In this document: positions 7,951 to 17,610 of the stretch, piece by piece
Layout: every line of letters begins with the position of its first letter
Position numbering within the stretch: the first letter of the stretch is position 1
Source: a virus
Lineage: Duplodnaviria; Caudoviricetes
Direction: 5' to 3' (one strand)
DNA length: 35,476 nt
IMG/VR virus record: IMGVR_UViG_3300045973_000766
Coordinates: 1 to 35,476 of that record
Program-made: the position numbers and the translations under genes
The notes under the pieces: generated by a model
The model's database searches: none
What the model was told of the DNA's origin: nothing
Seen by the model: the letters and a program-made list of their open reading frames with translations, nothing else

Positions 7951-10039
7951 AACTAGGATATCTCAAATTATTATATTGTGGTCTACGATTATACACTCTA
8001 CTATGAGCACCAATTAGACTTTCTGTATTATTTGACATATTTGTGATATTTTCAACATATCTTAGCACATCGCCTTGTAAATTATTATTTGTATATAAAT
8101 CCACAAGATTTTTATAACCAACATTATCAAAACAAGTTGACAATGTTATTGTACTCATAACAACATCATCATTTCCACTTTCTGCACGATATGTTATATT
8201 ACCTGACATCGTTACGTGCTTACTAAAAGTTGTAATTTCACTAATATTTATATCACTATGAAGTATCATTCTTCTATTTCTAACAGATTGTTGGAATTCC
8301 TTATCAATAATCAAATGTTTATCCTTATTCAATCTTAATCCTATCTTACTACTAACATCTTCTCTATTATGTTTATATCTTAGAAAAACTGAATTTGAAT
8401 AATTATTATTATCTTCAAAAACATGAGGTAAATGTGTTAAAAAATTGTCCCCATAAGTATTAGTTTCTAATACTACTTTAACTTTTTCTGGATCAAATAA
8501 TTCAAACGCTAATAAATAGAAAATGTGTGCAACTTCTCTAATAGAATATACATTATTGCGATATAAGCCAATTTGCTCAATTTTGAACAACTCGTATAAA
8601 TTATCATACTTGTACTTCTCTATCTCCTGTTTATCTCTTAAAACAAGCCTAAATATGTTTATAACTGAATAGTCTTTCCCTAATCCTTCAGATAAATCGA
8701 CTGACATTAAAATATAATAATCTTTCACTTTTAATGGATTAAATAGATCAGGTGTTGCCGGTGTATTTCTAATAAATTTCAAAGAATCATATGGAAAATT
8801 TAATTTATTAAATTGTTCAAATTCCATACTATCAAAAGGTATTTGTTTACTTTTCAATAAATCGACTGTTTCTTTATTAAAAAGAATATTATCACCTGTA
8901 ACAAAGTGTAATCCATATTCTTGATCAAATTTTTCAGGACTACCTAATAATTTAGTTTCTTCTTCTTGCCAATTAGAAACAACTGCCAATTCTGGTAATG
9001 GAATACCATTTATTCTAATTTTTCGTATAGAATCAATAAATGTATTTTCATCTTCAAAATCATATTTAACGCAATCTAAGACATCATCACCAAAATGCTT
9101 TTTATAAAGTGTAATATTATTTTTTTCTCGTATTTCTCTTAATACCGCAGATTTAGATAAATTATATTTTTTAATTTTAGCATCAATAATACGAATTCTT
9201 GTATCTTCCCTACCTTCTATTTGAGTCCAAAGAACCCTCATTGCTTTATAAGGGTTTTTATTTGGATCATCATCAGGTAATTCTGCTGCTGTCATTAATT
9301 CCCAGAACATATTATATCCATTTGGTGTTGATGTGATTATAATTCTAGAGTTTTCAACCGAAGATACTACTGGCACAATTGCACCATAATAATCTCTAAT
9401 ATAGTTATCTGGAATGTGAGCAAACTCATCTAGATACAGTAAGTCAATAGTAAATCCAATTGATGGATCTTTTGTTCTATTTTCTGTTTGTATTCTAGAA
9501 TTATTTTCAAATGAGATTTGTGTTTCATTCCAGTTTGATACGCCTTTTTTTAAGAAAAATGGTAATAATTTGTAAATATCTTTAATTTTTCTTATAATTT
9601 CTTTTACTGTTTTGCCTTTATTTGCAACAATCATACAACCTTTATCATCATTAAATAGAACAAAATGAAGCATCACAATAGCAGCAGAAACTGTTTTACC
9701 AGTTTGTCTACTCGCCATTAAAATACTTCGTGGATTTTTTGTATAAAGGTCTATAATATCTTTTTGGTAATCACGGAGTTTCATCGGTCCAATTGTACCA
9801 TCTTCTCGTTTAATTTGACAATATTTTTCAGCAAAATAATGAATACTTATTTTACATTTTACATATTCTTCAAGCTCATCTTCTGTATGCGCAAATATTA
9901 AATTTGCTTTACGTATTCCTCTTAAATTTGAAAACCATATTTTTTCATAACGTTTTAAAATTTTTCCGAAATTTTCTCTTGCTTCAATATCTTTAATAAT
10001 TTCTGTTGTTAAAACAAATTCTTCTACTTTTTCAGCCAT
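7949..10039 (-). CDS. terL: Terminase large subunit (T4 gp17-like)
   Basis: LRDYQ adenine motif, Walker A SRQTGKT, Walker B LLYLDEFA, ITSTPNG coupling motif, nuclease VDLSEG...DYS and DDVVMS. Confidence 0.96.
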   Translation of the reverse strand: MAEKVEEFVLTTEIIKDIEARENFGKILKRYEKIWFSNLRGIRKANLIFAHTEDELEEYVKCKISIHYFAEKYCQIKREDGTIGPMKLRDYQKDIIDLYTKNPRSILMASRQTGKTVSAAIVMLHFVLFNDDKGCMIVANKGKTVKEIIRKIKDIYKLLPFFLKKGVSNWNETQISFENNSRIQTENRTKDPSIGFTIDLLYLDEFAHIPDNYIRDYYGAIVPVVSSVENSRIIITSTPNGYNMFWELMTAAELPDDDPNKNPYKAMRVLWTQIEGREDTRIRIIDAKIKKYNLSKSAVLREIREKNNITLYKKHFGDDVLDCVKYDFEDENTFIDSIRKIRINGIPLPELAVVSNWQEEETKLLGSPEKFDQEYGLHFVTGDNILFNKETVDLLKSKQIPFDSMEFEQFNKLNFPYDSLKFIRNTPATPDLFNPLKVKDYYILMSVDLSEGLGKDYSVINIFRLVLRDKQEIEKYKYDNLYELFKIEQIGLYRNNVYSIREVAHIFYLLAFELFDPEKVKVVLETNTYGDNFLTHLPHVFEDNNNYSNSVFLRYKHNREDVSSKIGLRLNKDKHLIIDKEFQQSVRNRRMILHSDINISEITTFSKHVTMSGNITYRAESGNDDVVMSTITLSTCFDNVGYKNLVDLYTNNNLQGDVLRYVENITNMSNNTESLIGAHSRVYNRRPQYNNLRYPS

Positions 10040-10059
10040 AAATCATAATATCTTTTTCA

Positions 10060-10431
10060 TTATTCAAATATAAAATCTATATTATATCCTTTTATTACAA
10101 AATTTAAATATAGAATATCTCTTAATGTACCTTCATATAAAACAAGATCAAAAGTATAGCCTAAACTAATTAATTCAGGTATATAAGTTGAAATTTGCTC
10201 TTCTATCTTAGTTTTTAAGTTTCCTGTTGTAATATTTGTTTGCCAAAGATAAAATTCAAGATTAGCACCCATATCAATATCACCTAATACATCACCTTTA
10301 TTAGTAAACAAAATCATTTCTAATTTCTGTACTATTGCTTCTACGTCATCGTCTTCAACAACTCTACCTGGTTCATATTTAGGATGTCCAGGATATCTTA
10401 TAACTAAATCTTTTACATCTTTTAAAGCCAT
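10060..10431 (-). CDS. Baseplate wedge subunit, GPW/gp25 family
   Basis: MILFTNKGDVLGDIDMGANLEFYLW...IEEQISTYIP pattern; 123 aa; lies near the gp6-like gene. Confidence 0.8.
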   Translation of the reverse strand: MALKDVKDLVIRYPGHPKYEPGRVVEDDDVEAIVQKLEMILFTNKGDVLGDIDMGANLEFYLWQTNITTGNLKTKIEEQISTYIPELISLGYTFDLVLYEGTLRDILYLNFVIKGYNIDFIFE

Positions 10432-10446
10432 TTGGAAACCATTTTT

Positions 10447-10462
10447 TATTATATATATAAAA
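10447..10462. promoter_or_regulatory. Palindromic TATATATATA element between divergent genes (putative bidirectional late promoter)
   Basis: TATATATATA at 10450-10459, 18 nt from each ATG (10431 on -, 10478 on +). Confidence 0.6.
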
Positions 10463-10477
10463 AAATAATGTATCTAA

Positions 10478-10759
10478 ATGGAAGAAGTCAATTTTATATC
10501 AGTTATAGACTATATTGGTGAAATAAATAATGGAGTTGCAGTCTTATTATCGATGAAAGTTAAAGAAACAATATATGAAATAGGATATTGGTTTGATAAA
10601 GAAGATAATTATATTATATCTGCTGATGATAATTTTTTAAAAGATTATAATCTTTCAAATATTTATGAATATAAAAATTATAAAACACTTGCATATTATA
10701 TACACACCTTTGTATTAGATAATAAGGAAGAAATTTTCAAAGAATTTATAGAAGAATAA
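10478..10759 (+). CDS. Hypothetical acidic protein
   Basis: 93 aa; fills the gap exactly, and its TAA abuts the stop codon of the convergent baseplate gene. Confidence 0.75.
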   Translation: MEEVNFISVIDYIGEINNGVAVLLSMKVKETIYEIGYWFDKEDNYIISADDNFLKDYNLSNIYEYKNYKTLAYYIHTFVLDNKEEIFKEFIEE

Positions 10760-12718
10760 TTATTTTCTAGTTGTTATACCTTTCCAGATAATATTAACTG
10801 TACTAAATCCTGAAGTAGTTTTTGGATCTTCGCTAAAATACACTCCATTTCTATTTATCCATCCACCTCTCAAAATTATTAATTCATTATTTCCTATTAC
10901 GATATCACCTAAAACTGGATCAATTCCAACTAATTTGTTAGGATCATATTGTGAAGTAGAACTATATGCAACAACAGTACTGTTACCAACAGATAAAATA
11001 CTATCTGTATTATCATTTACTATTGTATCAAGCACAAGTATAGAATTATCAACAGATGTGCTACTATTTGGGCTAACAGCATTTTGATTTTGTTGTGCAG
11101 TCACTAAATTTGTATAATTTTGTGCTGAAACATTAACAGATGATGAAGATGCAGCGTATGTTGACTGTAATACTGGCTGGCTTGTTGATGATAATAACGC
11201 ACCATTTCTATGATAATCTTCATTCGCTTGTCCAACAAATTCTAAATTAACTGAATCTATACCATCGATAGTTTTTAATGACGCAATTAAATCAGCCTTA
11301 ATAACTCTATCATATCTATCATAATTTGCAAAATATGAAGATAATGTATCAATAACTTGTTGTCTAATATTATCGTCAGTTACATCATCATATTTTCTAA
11401 TAAACACATTAACTACAAATCTTTGTGGTTTAGGATCTATAATTTTAATTACAGCAGTAATACTAATTATACCTTGAATTTTAAGATAAGATATTATTCT
11501 ATCTTTTTCTACTTGATCTAATAAAAAGGCATCAATAGGTACATTAAAATAATTAACATCGATTGAAAAATAATCAGTTATTCTTGGAATTAAATATAAA
11601 TACATTTCATTAATATAAATAATATCTAAATTACCATCACTATTAATATCAATATTAGTCTGGTCTAAAGTATTAAATGCGTTAACTTTAGAAAACATAT
11701 TTAATTTTTTAAGATGATAAATAAATTGCGCTGGGGTTGCAAGAACAAAATTCCTAGAAACATATGGAATTACAGATTTTGTATATTCTATACTTTCACC
11801 ATCACTAGCAAATTGTATATTAGTTTCAACAAAATTATCAAAAATTTGACTAGCTTGTATCACATTTCCATCACTATCATAAATATCATCAATGAAAACA
11901 AAATCATTAACCTTATTATTTAAAATATTACCTAATAAGCCATTAGTTAATAAGTATTTAACCTCTATTGTTGACCCAATTGAAGGTATAAATCCATTTA
12001 TACCATTACCAAAAAATATATCTAATCCACCATTAAATCCTGTTCTAGCATAACAAGCATATTCATTTTCAAGCATATCATATAAATGATCTTTAATTTG
12101 TAAATTAATACCATTTAATGATACTCTAAAATCAAAATTATCAATTGTTGCATTATTACTAACCGTAGCTTGAAAAGATTGTGATATTGTTCCATCTCCT
12201 GTAAATGTTTGACTTTCATATTTTCCTTGAACCACATTTATAAAAAATTGACATCCAGGTAGTAAAGAATAAAAATTTCTAAAATTGCCAGTTTTTAATG
12301 TATAATAAAGATTATTTGTAATATTTTTAATAACAGTTTCATCATATATAATTATTTGACTATTAGTTACTACTTGCTCAATATTAATACCTTGTTTAAG
12401 CTTAAATTTAAGTGTACCTTTTGCTGATATTGCTCTTGATGGATTGTGTCCTGAAATTCTAGCAATATTATGAATCATTCTTTTAGAATTTGCCTGTTCA
12501 ATATCTAATTGTTTAACAAAATTTTTCAAATACAATATATTTTGAATAAATAATTCTTTGACAACAGATAATATTTGACCATAAGGCGATGCAGAATTAA
12601 AAAGAATACTAGACTTCTCATATTCAGAACTTAACCAATTTGTTATTTGATCAGTTAAATTTTTATAATTCAATTCTATTCTATTAAAAACTCTATTAAG
12701 TTTTGAAATTCTAGCCAT
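10760..12718 (-). CDS. Baseplate wedge protein (T4 gp6 / baseplate J-like)
   Basis: IARISGHNPSRAISAKG, DIFFGNGING.IP, DGESIEYTKSVIP and LKTIDGIDSV motifs; 652 aa. Confidence 0.85.
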   Translation of the reverse strand: MARISKLNRVFNRIELNYKNLTDQITNWLSSEYEKSSILFNSASPYGQILSVVKELFIQNILYLKNFVKQLDIEQANSKRMIHNIARISGHNPSRAISAKGTLKFKLKQGINIEQVVTNSQIIIYDETVIKNITNNLYYTLKTGNFRNFYSLLPGCQFFINVVQGKYESQTFTGDGTISQSFQATVSNNATIDNFDFRVSLNGINLQIKDHLYDMLENEYACYARTGFNGGLDIFFGNGINGFIPSIGSTIEVKYLLTNGLLGNILNNKVNDFVFIDDIYDSDGNVIQASQIFDNFVETNIQFASDGESIEYTKSVIPYVSRNFVLATPAQFIYHLKKLNMFSKVNAFNTLDQTNIDINSDGNLDIIYINEMYLYLIPRITDYFSIDVNYFNVPIDAFLLDQVEKDRIISYLKIQGIISITAVIKIIDPKPQRFVVNVFIRKYDDVTDDNIRQQVIDTLSSYFANYDRYDRVIKADLIASLKTIDGIDSVNLEFVGQANEDYHRNGALLSSTSQPVLQSTYAASSSSVNVSAQNYTNLVTAQQNQNAVSPNSSTSVDNSILVLDTIVNDNTDSILSVGNSTVVAYSSTSQYDPNKLVGIDPVLGDIVIGNNELIILRGGWINRNGVYFSEDPKTTSGFSTVNIIWKGITTRK

Positions 12719-12720
12719 TT

Positions 12721-13374
12721 TTATATTTTGATTTTATTTTTTAGTCCATTTCCAATAGTTTCAACAAGTTCTTTCAAACTAGATTGTTTATCTTCATATA
12801 TATTATTAAAAATTTCAAATTTAAATATGTATTCTTTGTCACCTTCTTTTGATATATTCAAATTAACACTTTGATTGTTATTCAAATCAATAATAAAACT
12901 AAAATTTAATGATTTACAAGGCATTATAGATATTTTTTCTTCTTTAACATTCACTACTGATACATCAGAAATTTTATTTTCTTGAAACCATTCATTAATA
13001 AGAGTAGATGGGGATTTAATAAATTTTGATAATATTTTTAAATTTTCACCAAATTTATTTTGATTAAAAATATTAGAAATTTTAGTTGAAAAATCTTCCA
13101 AATTTGTAAATTCTATTCTAACATACTCACAATTAATATCATACAAATATGTAAAATTATTTTTTGCGAGATTTGATTTTGTATCATCTGTTGTAAAAAT
13201 AAGTTTTGTATAGATAATATTAACATCATCATATAAAATTTTATTCATTGACATTACCAATCTCAAATCTGTTGAATTTTCTATTTTTTCATAGACACTT
13301 TCAACTGAAAGAACTTTTGTTGAATCAAAAACTTCTTTTATTTTATCAACTAAATCACCAACTAATATAGCCAT
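12721..13374 (-). CDS. Hypothetical protein in structural operon
   Basis: 217-aa ORF tightly packed between structural genes. Confidence 0.8.
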   Translation of the reverse strand: MAILVGDLVDKIKEVFDSTKVLSVESVYEKIENSTDLRLVMSMNKILYDDVNIIYTKLIFTTDDTKSNLAKNNFTYLYDINCEYVRIEFTNLEDFSTKISNIFNQNKFGENLKILSKFIKSPSTLINEWFQENKISDVSVVNVKEEKISIMPCKSLNFSFIIDLNNNQSVNLNISKEGDKEYIFKFEIFNNIYEDKQSSLKELVETIGNGLKNKIKI

Positions 13375-13378
13375 AATT

Positions 13379-16069
13379 TTATAAGATTTTATAAGTTACA
13401 TCATATCTTTCAGAGAAAGAAGATGTGTTACTATTATTTACTCTCAATATTGAAAGTTGAATTCCTCTATAGTAACTAACTCTTGGTACACCAAGTAATT
13501 TATAACCTTGCACTTGTGATTGTTTCAAATTTATAGTTAAAACAATACCACTTTTACATAAAACTTCATACGCACCACTATAATCAATTGTATTACCAGC
13601 AGTATCTAGGAAATATAAATTTTGTATATATACAATATCACCAGCTTTAAATAAATCTTCTGTTAAAACAACTTCTGTATTTCCTGTAGTACACCATGTA
13701 AACCCAGTATTAATATCAGTAGTATTTGTATATACATTTTCATTTAAATAGTAACTATCTGTAAATACAGAATGATCTGGTGATAAACTATTATATGTAG
13801 TTGTATCTATAGGTGAAGCAATAGTAATAATTGGAAGTTCAACTAAAGTATTACCAGAATTAAATTTCATAGTTAATGTTAAATTTTGAGTATATAAAGC
13901 ATATTGAGGTTTAATAATAATATCTAATTTTTGTTTATTTTTCAAATCCTTATCTAACATAATAATAACATCACCGCCATTATTATAAACATTATCATTT
14001 ATAATATTTAGTAACATTTTACCAGATGTAGATAATGCAAATGGATAAGATAATCCATCACTTGTAACATTATAATTATATGCGTATGATAAACTAATAT
14101 TTTGAATATCATTATATTCAACATTAACAACATTAAATTTTAACATCGGATAAACTCCTGAATTATCAACAGCAATTGTAGCGGTATCAGAATCAACAAA
14201 CTGATTGTTTTTATATAATGTTAATAAATTTTCCATATTTGACATTCTACTCTTCAACTCATCCATATCAGTTTGAGAATAAATTAAACTCTTCATTTCT
14301 TGCAAATCCATATTTATCCTAACAAAATTCTGTATTATGCTAACAAAATTTTCATTAACTTGATAAAATTTTCTCATCATTTCATTATACATATCAAATC
14401 CAAACATATTATAAATAGTGCTTGGGTCATAAGTTAATGGAACTACATCATTATCAATATTATAATTAATATTTATATTAAACATATAAGATAAACCATC
14501 TTGTTTGCCATTAGATACCAATTTATGATAAGGTGTGATTAAATTTCCGAAATTATCATCATCATTTTCTGGAGTATTTAAAAATTCTATACCGTATAAA
14601 TTAATAGCTGAATTATTATTTTGATCTGATAAATCATAATACCATAAAATAGCATTAAAATCAAAATCTGCTGGGGCTGCACCATTTATTGATAATGAAC
14701 TAAACTCATCAAAATTTTGGCATTCCATTGCTGGTATATTCATCTTTTTATAATGATATCTATCAACATCAAGAAAAATACCATCTAATGAATCAGAATT
14801 AAAATCTGTTAATTTTTCAACATAATTATTTGCACTTAATCCTGCATTATCAGTTAATAAAACGCCATAGTATTCACCTTGATATCTAAGGCGATCACCA
14901 TTTGAACATAAATATGTATAATCTGATGTATCAAATTGTCCAAAAGATGATCCTGGATAATCTGATGGATTTGAACGAATTGGAGAATTCAAACTTTCAG
15001 ATCCAACTATTCTATTTTGAATTTCATTTGCAAGTATTGGTATTTCTAAATTTGGATTGTAATTATTATTGTCTTTTGTTCCAAATAGAACTGTTGGTGT
15101 TTTACCTCCTTGATGAGGTATATACGCAGTTATTTCTTGCCCTACTCTAGATGCAGTTTGAACATTTGTTATTTGATTAATTTCACCAACATATTGTATT
15201 AATCTGTTATAATCTAAATAAATATAAGTTGAAGTTAAACCTGTTCCTCCGCCACCATTAAAATCAGTATTCAAATTAATATATGTTGTATTAGTATTAG
15301 AATCATAAGAAATAAATCCTATAATATAATCTTGTCCAAAAATGACAGTAGTTCCGGTTAACACTAATTTATCATGTGCATTATCAGTAGTTAATATAAC
15401 TTTATCACCAACTTTAAATTTTGCGATACCTGATATTGCAAATTTAGGAGTATTATTATATTCATATAAATAAACAGAATCTTCATATACAGAAACGGTT
15501 TGATATGGATTGCTTATAGTTCCAGATTCTCTTTCTTTCCATAAATATTTACGAAAATAATCAGTATTTGTAATTGTTGAATTGTTTGGATTATCAAAAT
15601 CAGGTAAACTTTTATCCCAATCTACATTATGAACTGCTGGTTCAAAATCAATCAAATTTAATTTTCTACACCATTTCCAAAATATCATTTCAGTAGGGGT
15701 ATCTCTCACACCAATATTATAAAAATCAGTATTATTATTTATTCTACTTTCGTGTAATGAGGTATCATAATTTGCAACATAATTTCGTAATGATTCTACT
15801 AATTGCTCTGATAATTTTGTTGGACTTCCAATATTTGGGTCATCACAATAAAAAGGTCCGGCTGTTCCAATATCTTTTGTTAGATCCAGTATACCATCAT
15901 TAGGATTAGGTGCATTTACTTGCCTAGGTATATTTAATAATGCGAATTTAGTAAAATTAATATTATAAAAGTTGTTATTATTTGCTAAATTTAAATCTGA
16001 AGCTGAACTTGGGAAAGCGTAGAATGATGTTCCACGGTTCTTAAATCTTTTATATAATGGTGTTGCCAT
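13379..16069 (-). CDS. Large putative virion structural protein
   Basis: 896 aa, N/D/T/Y-rich beta character with a central coiled coil (IQNFVRINMDLQEMKSL...LKSRMSNMENLL); heads the operon containing the gp6-like gene. Confidence 0.65.
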   Translation of the reverse strand: MATPLYKRFKNRGTSFYAFPSSASDLNLANNNNFYNINFTKFALLNIPRQVNAPNPNDGILDLTKDIGTAGPFYCDDPNIGSPTKLSEQLVESLRNYVANYDTSLHESRINNNTDFYNIGVRDTPTEMIFWKWCRKLNLIDFEPAVHNVDWDKSLPDFDNPNNSTITNTDYFRKYLWKERESGTISNPYQTVSVYEDSVYLYEYNNTPKFAISGIAKFKVGDKVILTTDNAHDKLVLTGTTVIFGQDYIIGFISYDSNTNTTYINLNTDFNGGGGTGLTSTYIYLDYNRLIQYVGEINQITNVQTASRVGQEITAYIPHQGGKTPTVLFGTKDNNNYNPNLEIPILANEIQNRIVGSESLNSPIRSNPSDYPGSSFGQFDTSDYTYLCSNGDRLRYQGEYYGVLLTDNAGLSANNYVEKLTDFNSDSLDGIFLDVDRYHYKKMNIPAMECQNFDEFSSLSINGAAPADFDFNAILWYYDLSDQNNNSAINLYGIEFLNTPENDDDNFGNLITPYHKLVSNGKQDGLSYMFNININYNIDNDVVPLTYDPSTIYNMFGFDMYNEMMRKFYQVNENFVSIIQNFVRINMDLQEMKSLIYSQTDMDELKSRMSNMENLLTLYKNNQFVDSDTATIAVDNSGVYPMLKFNVVNVEYNDIQNISLSYAYNYNVTSDGLSYPFALSTSGKMLLNIINDNVYNNGGDVIIMLDKDLKNKQKLDIIIKPQYALYTQNLTLTMKFNSGNTLVELPIITIASPIDTTTYNSLSPDHSVFTDSYYLNENVYTNTTDINTGFTWCTTGNTEVVLTEDLFKAGDIVYIQNLYFLDTAGNTIDYSGAYEVLCKSGIVLTINLKQSQVQGYKLLGVPRVSYYRGIQLSILRVNNSNTSSFSERYDVTYKIL

Positions 16070-16089
16070 AATTATTCAAATAATTTTCT

Positions 16090-16103
16090 ATTATATATAA
16101 AAT
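16090..16103 (-). promoter_or_regulatory. Putative late promoter TTTTATATATAAT
   Basis: TATATATA at 16092-16099, 22 nt before the ATG at 16069 and just downstream of a terminator. Confidence 0.55.
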
Positions 16104-16121
16104 TTAAACACCCATAAAAAT

Positions 16122-16154
16122 AAAAAAGAGTGATATTTTTAATATCACTCTTTT
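16122..16154 (-). terminator. Intrinsic terminator
   Basis: AAAAGAGTGATATT-3 nt-AATATCACTCTTTT 14-bp stem with a T6 tail on the minus strand, downstream of 16226..16447. Confidence 0.85.
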
Positions 16155-16225
16155 CATTACTGAATTATATATACAAATCAATTAAATGCTCAGAATCTAA
16201 ACACAAGTCAAATCTAAAATTTTTT

Positions 16226-16447
16226 CTATTCATTTTCATTCCATATTCTTTTTGTTAATTCCATTCTAATAAGACTTATATCTATATCATAATCATCACG
16301 TTTTTTCTTAAACTCTGACCAATCTTCATTTATAGATTTTGCATAATCTAAAATTATTTCATTTCTTTCTGAATCTTTTTCCAAATTAAGTAATAACTCT
16401 TTTAAATTAGAAGTTGTACTATTTTCATAAATATTAATTGTCACCAT
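16226..16447 (-). CDS. Hypothetical protein
   Basis: 73-aa helical ORF whose start overlaps the upstream gene. Confidence 0.65.
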   Translation of the reverse strand: MVTINIYENSTTSNLKELLLNLEKDSERNEIILDYAKSINEDWSEFKKKRDDYDIDISLIRMELTKRIWNENE

Positions 16448-16823
16448 ATATTTTCTTAATTTTAATTTTTCTTAATTTACGTTTTTTTAATAATTCATAT
16501 TTTGTATTTTCTATATTTATCATAAAAGAATTTTCATCACTAATCAAAAATTCTAATTGCAAATAATCATCCTTTCTAGTCACTTTAAATCCACCTGTTG
16601 ACATAGTATCATGTGTGGTATGAACATCGCTATACATTTCATTTAATAAATATGTCGCTGTGTTTTTTAATTTATCTATTGTTGGCACACTATAAACCAA
16701 ATCATCTTCCACAAAATTAGTCCATCTCCAATCTAATAGAGTCATAGCTTTATGAATTTTACCAAAATCTGTATTATCAATTAGGTATTGAATATGATCC
16801 TCTTTATTTAATGTGAATTCCAT
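16434..16823 (-). CDS. Hypothetical phage protein with C-terminal RKIKIKKI motif
   Basis: DFGKIHKAMTLLDWRW...VPTIDKLK...STGGF core; 129 aa. Confidence 0.8.
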   Translation of the reverse strand: MEFTLNKEDHIQYLIDNTDFGKIHKAMTLLDWRWTNFVEDDLVYSVPTIDKLKNTATYLLNEMYSDVHTTHDTMSTGGFKVTRKDDYLQLEFLISDENSFMINIENTKYELLKKRKLRKIKIKKIYGDN

Positions 16824-16825
16824 AA

Positions 16826-17599
16826 TTATTCTCCATGGTTAGGATTTGATCTAAAAACATCACCTTTACTTATATACAACATTCTTGTATAAGAATCTAA
16901 TATCCAAGTAAATGTATTGAAACCTAATTTGTTAAATCTTGATTGAAAATTAGCATAAATGTTTTCATCAAAATTAAAAACTGAATGATGATATTCTAAT
17001 GCAATACTTTTAATTTTTCTTAAATTATCATCAGATAGGCCTTCAAATATTGCTAATTCTGAACCTTCAGTATCAACTTTTAAAAAATCTATATGATCTA
17101 TAAAATTTTCAGCTATTATATCATCTAAAGTTATAGTCTTCACATATATATTTTTGTGTTCATAATGACCAGGCTCTCTATCAAATTCAGAACTTACAAC
17201 TGTATGTCCACCATTACCTGTATGAGTATATAACAATTCTATAACTTCACCACTTTTATTAGAAACAGCATTTTCAAAAATTTCAACACTAGGATTATTT
17301 TTTTTATTCAATTCAACATTAGCTGGGAATGGTTCAAAAGATAATACTCTTGATGCACCCATATCAATCGCAAAAGCTGAAAATAATCCAATATTTCCAC
17401 CACAATCAACTACAACATCTCCAGGTGATATTGTGCAATCTCCTTTAATATAATCTTGCCTATTATAAATTTCTTGATAAGTCATAGCTTCTGGATATTT
17501 AGAATCATATCTTCGAGCCCAATCAAGTCTCATTATTTCTGCATCTTGTTTCAAATCTACTAAATCATTAGTATTATGTACATAAAAATTGTTCTTCAT
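16826..17599 (-). CDS. FkbM-family SAM-dependent methyltransferase
   Basis: VVVDCGGNIG, SFEP and IDFLKVDTEGSE motifs. Confidence 0.92.
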   Translation of the reverse strand: MKNNFYVHNTNDLVDLKQDAEIMRLDWARRYDSKYPEAMTYQEIYNRQDYIKGDCTISPGDVVVDCGGNIGLFSAFAIDMGASRVLSFEPFPANVELNKKNNPSVEIFENAVSNKSGEVIELLYTHTGNGGHTVVSSEFDREPGHYEHKNIYVKTITLDDIIAENFIDHIDFLKVDTEGSELAIFEGLSDDNLRKIKSIALEYHHSVFNFDENIYANFQSRFNKLGFNTFTWILDSYTRMLYISKGDVFRSNPNHGE

Positions 17600-17610
17600 A
17601 TTTTATTTTA

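Noticed and set aside
8972-9208. Intein or intron in the terminase
   Set aside because: The frame is continuous and the insert lacks intein terminal residues and LAGLIDADG motifs; kept only as a domain insertion.
16104-16157. 17-aa hydrophobic peptide MKRVILKISLFFIFMGV on the - strand, downstream of a TATATATA
   Set aside because: Coincides with the terminator hairpin and T-tract, which explain its composition; no evidence of translation.
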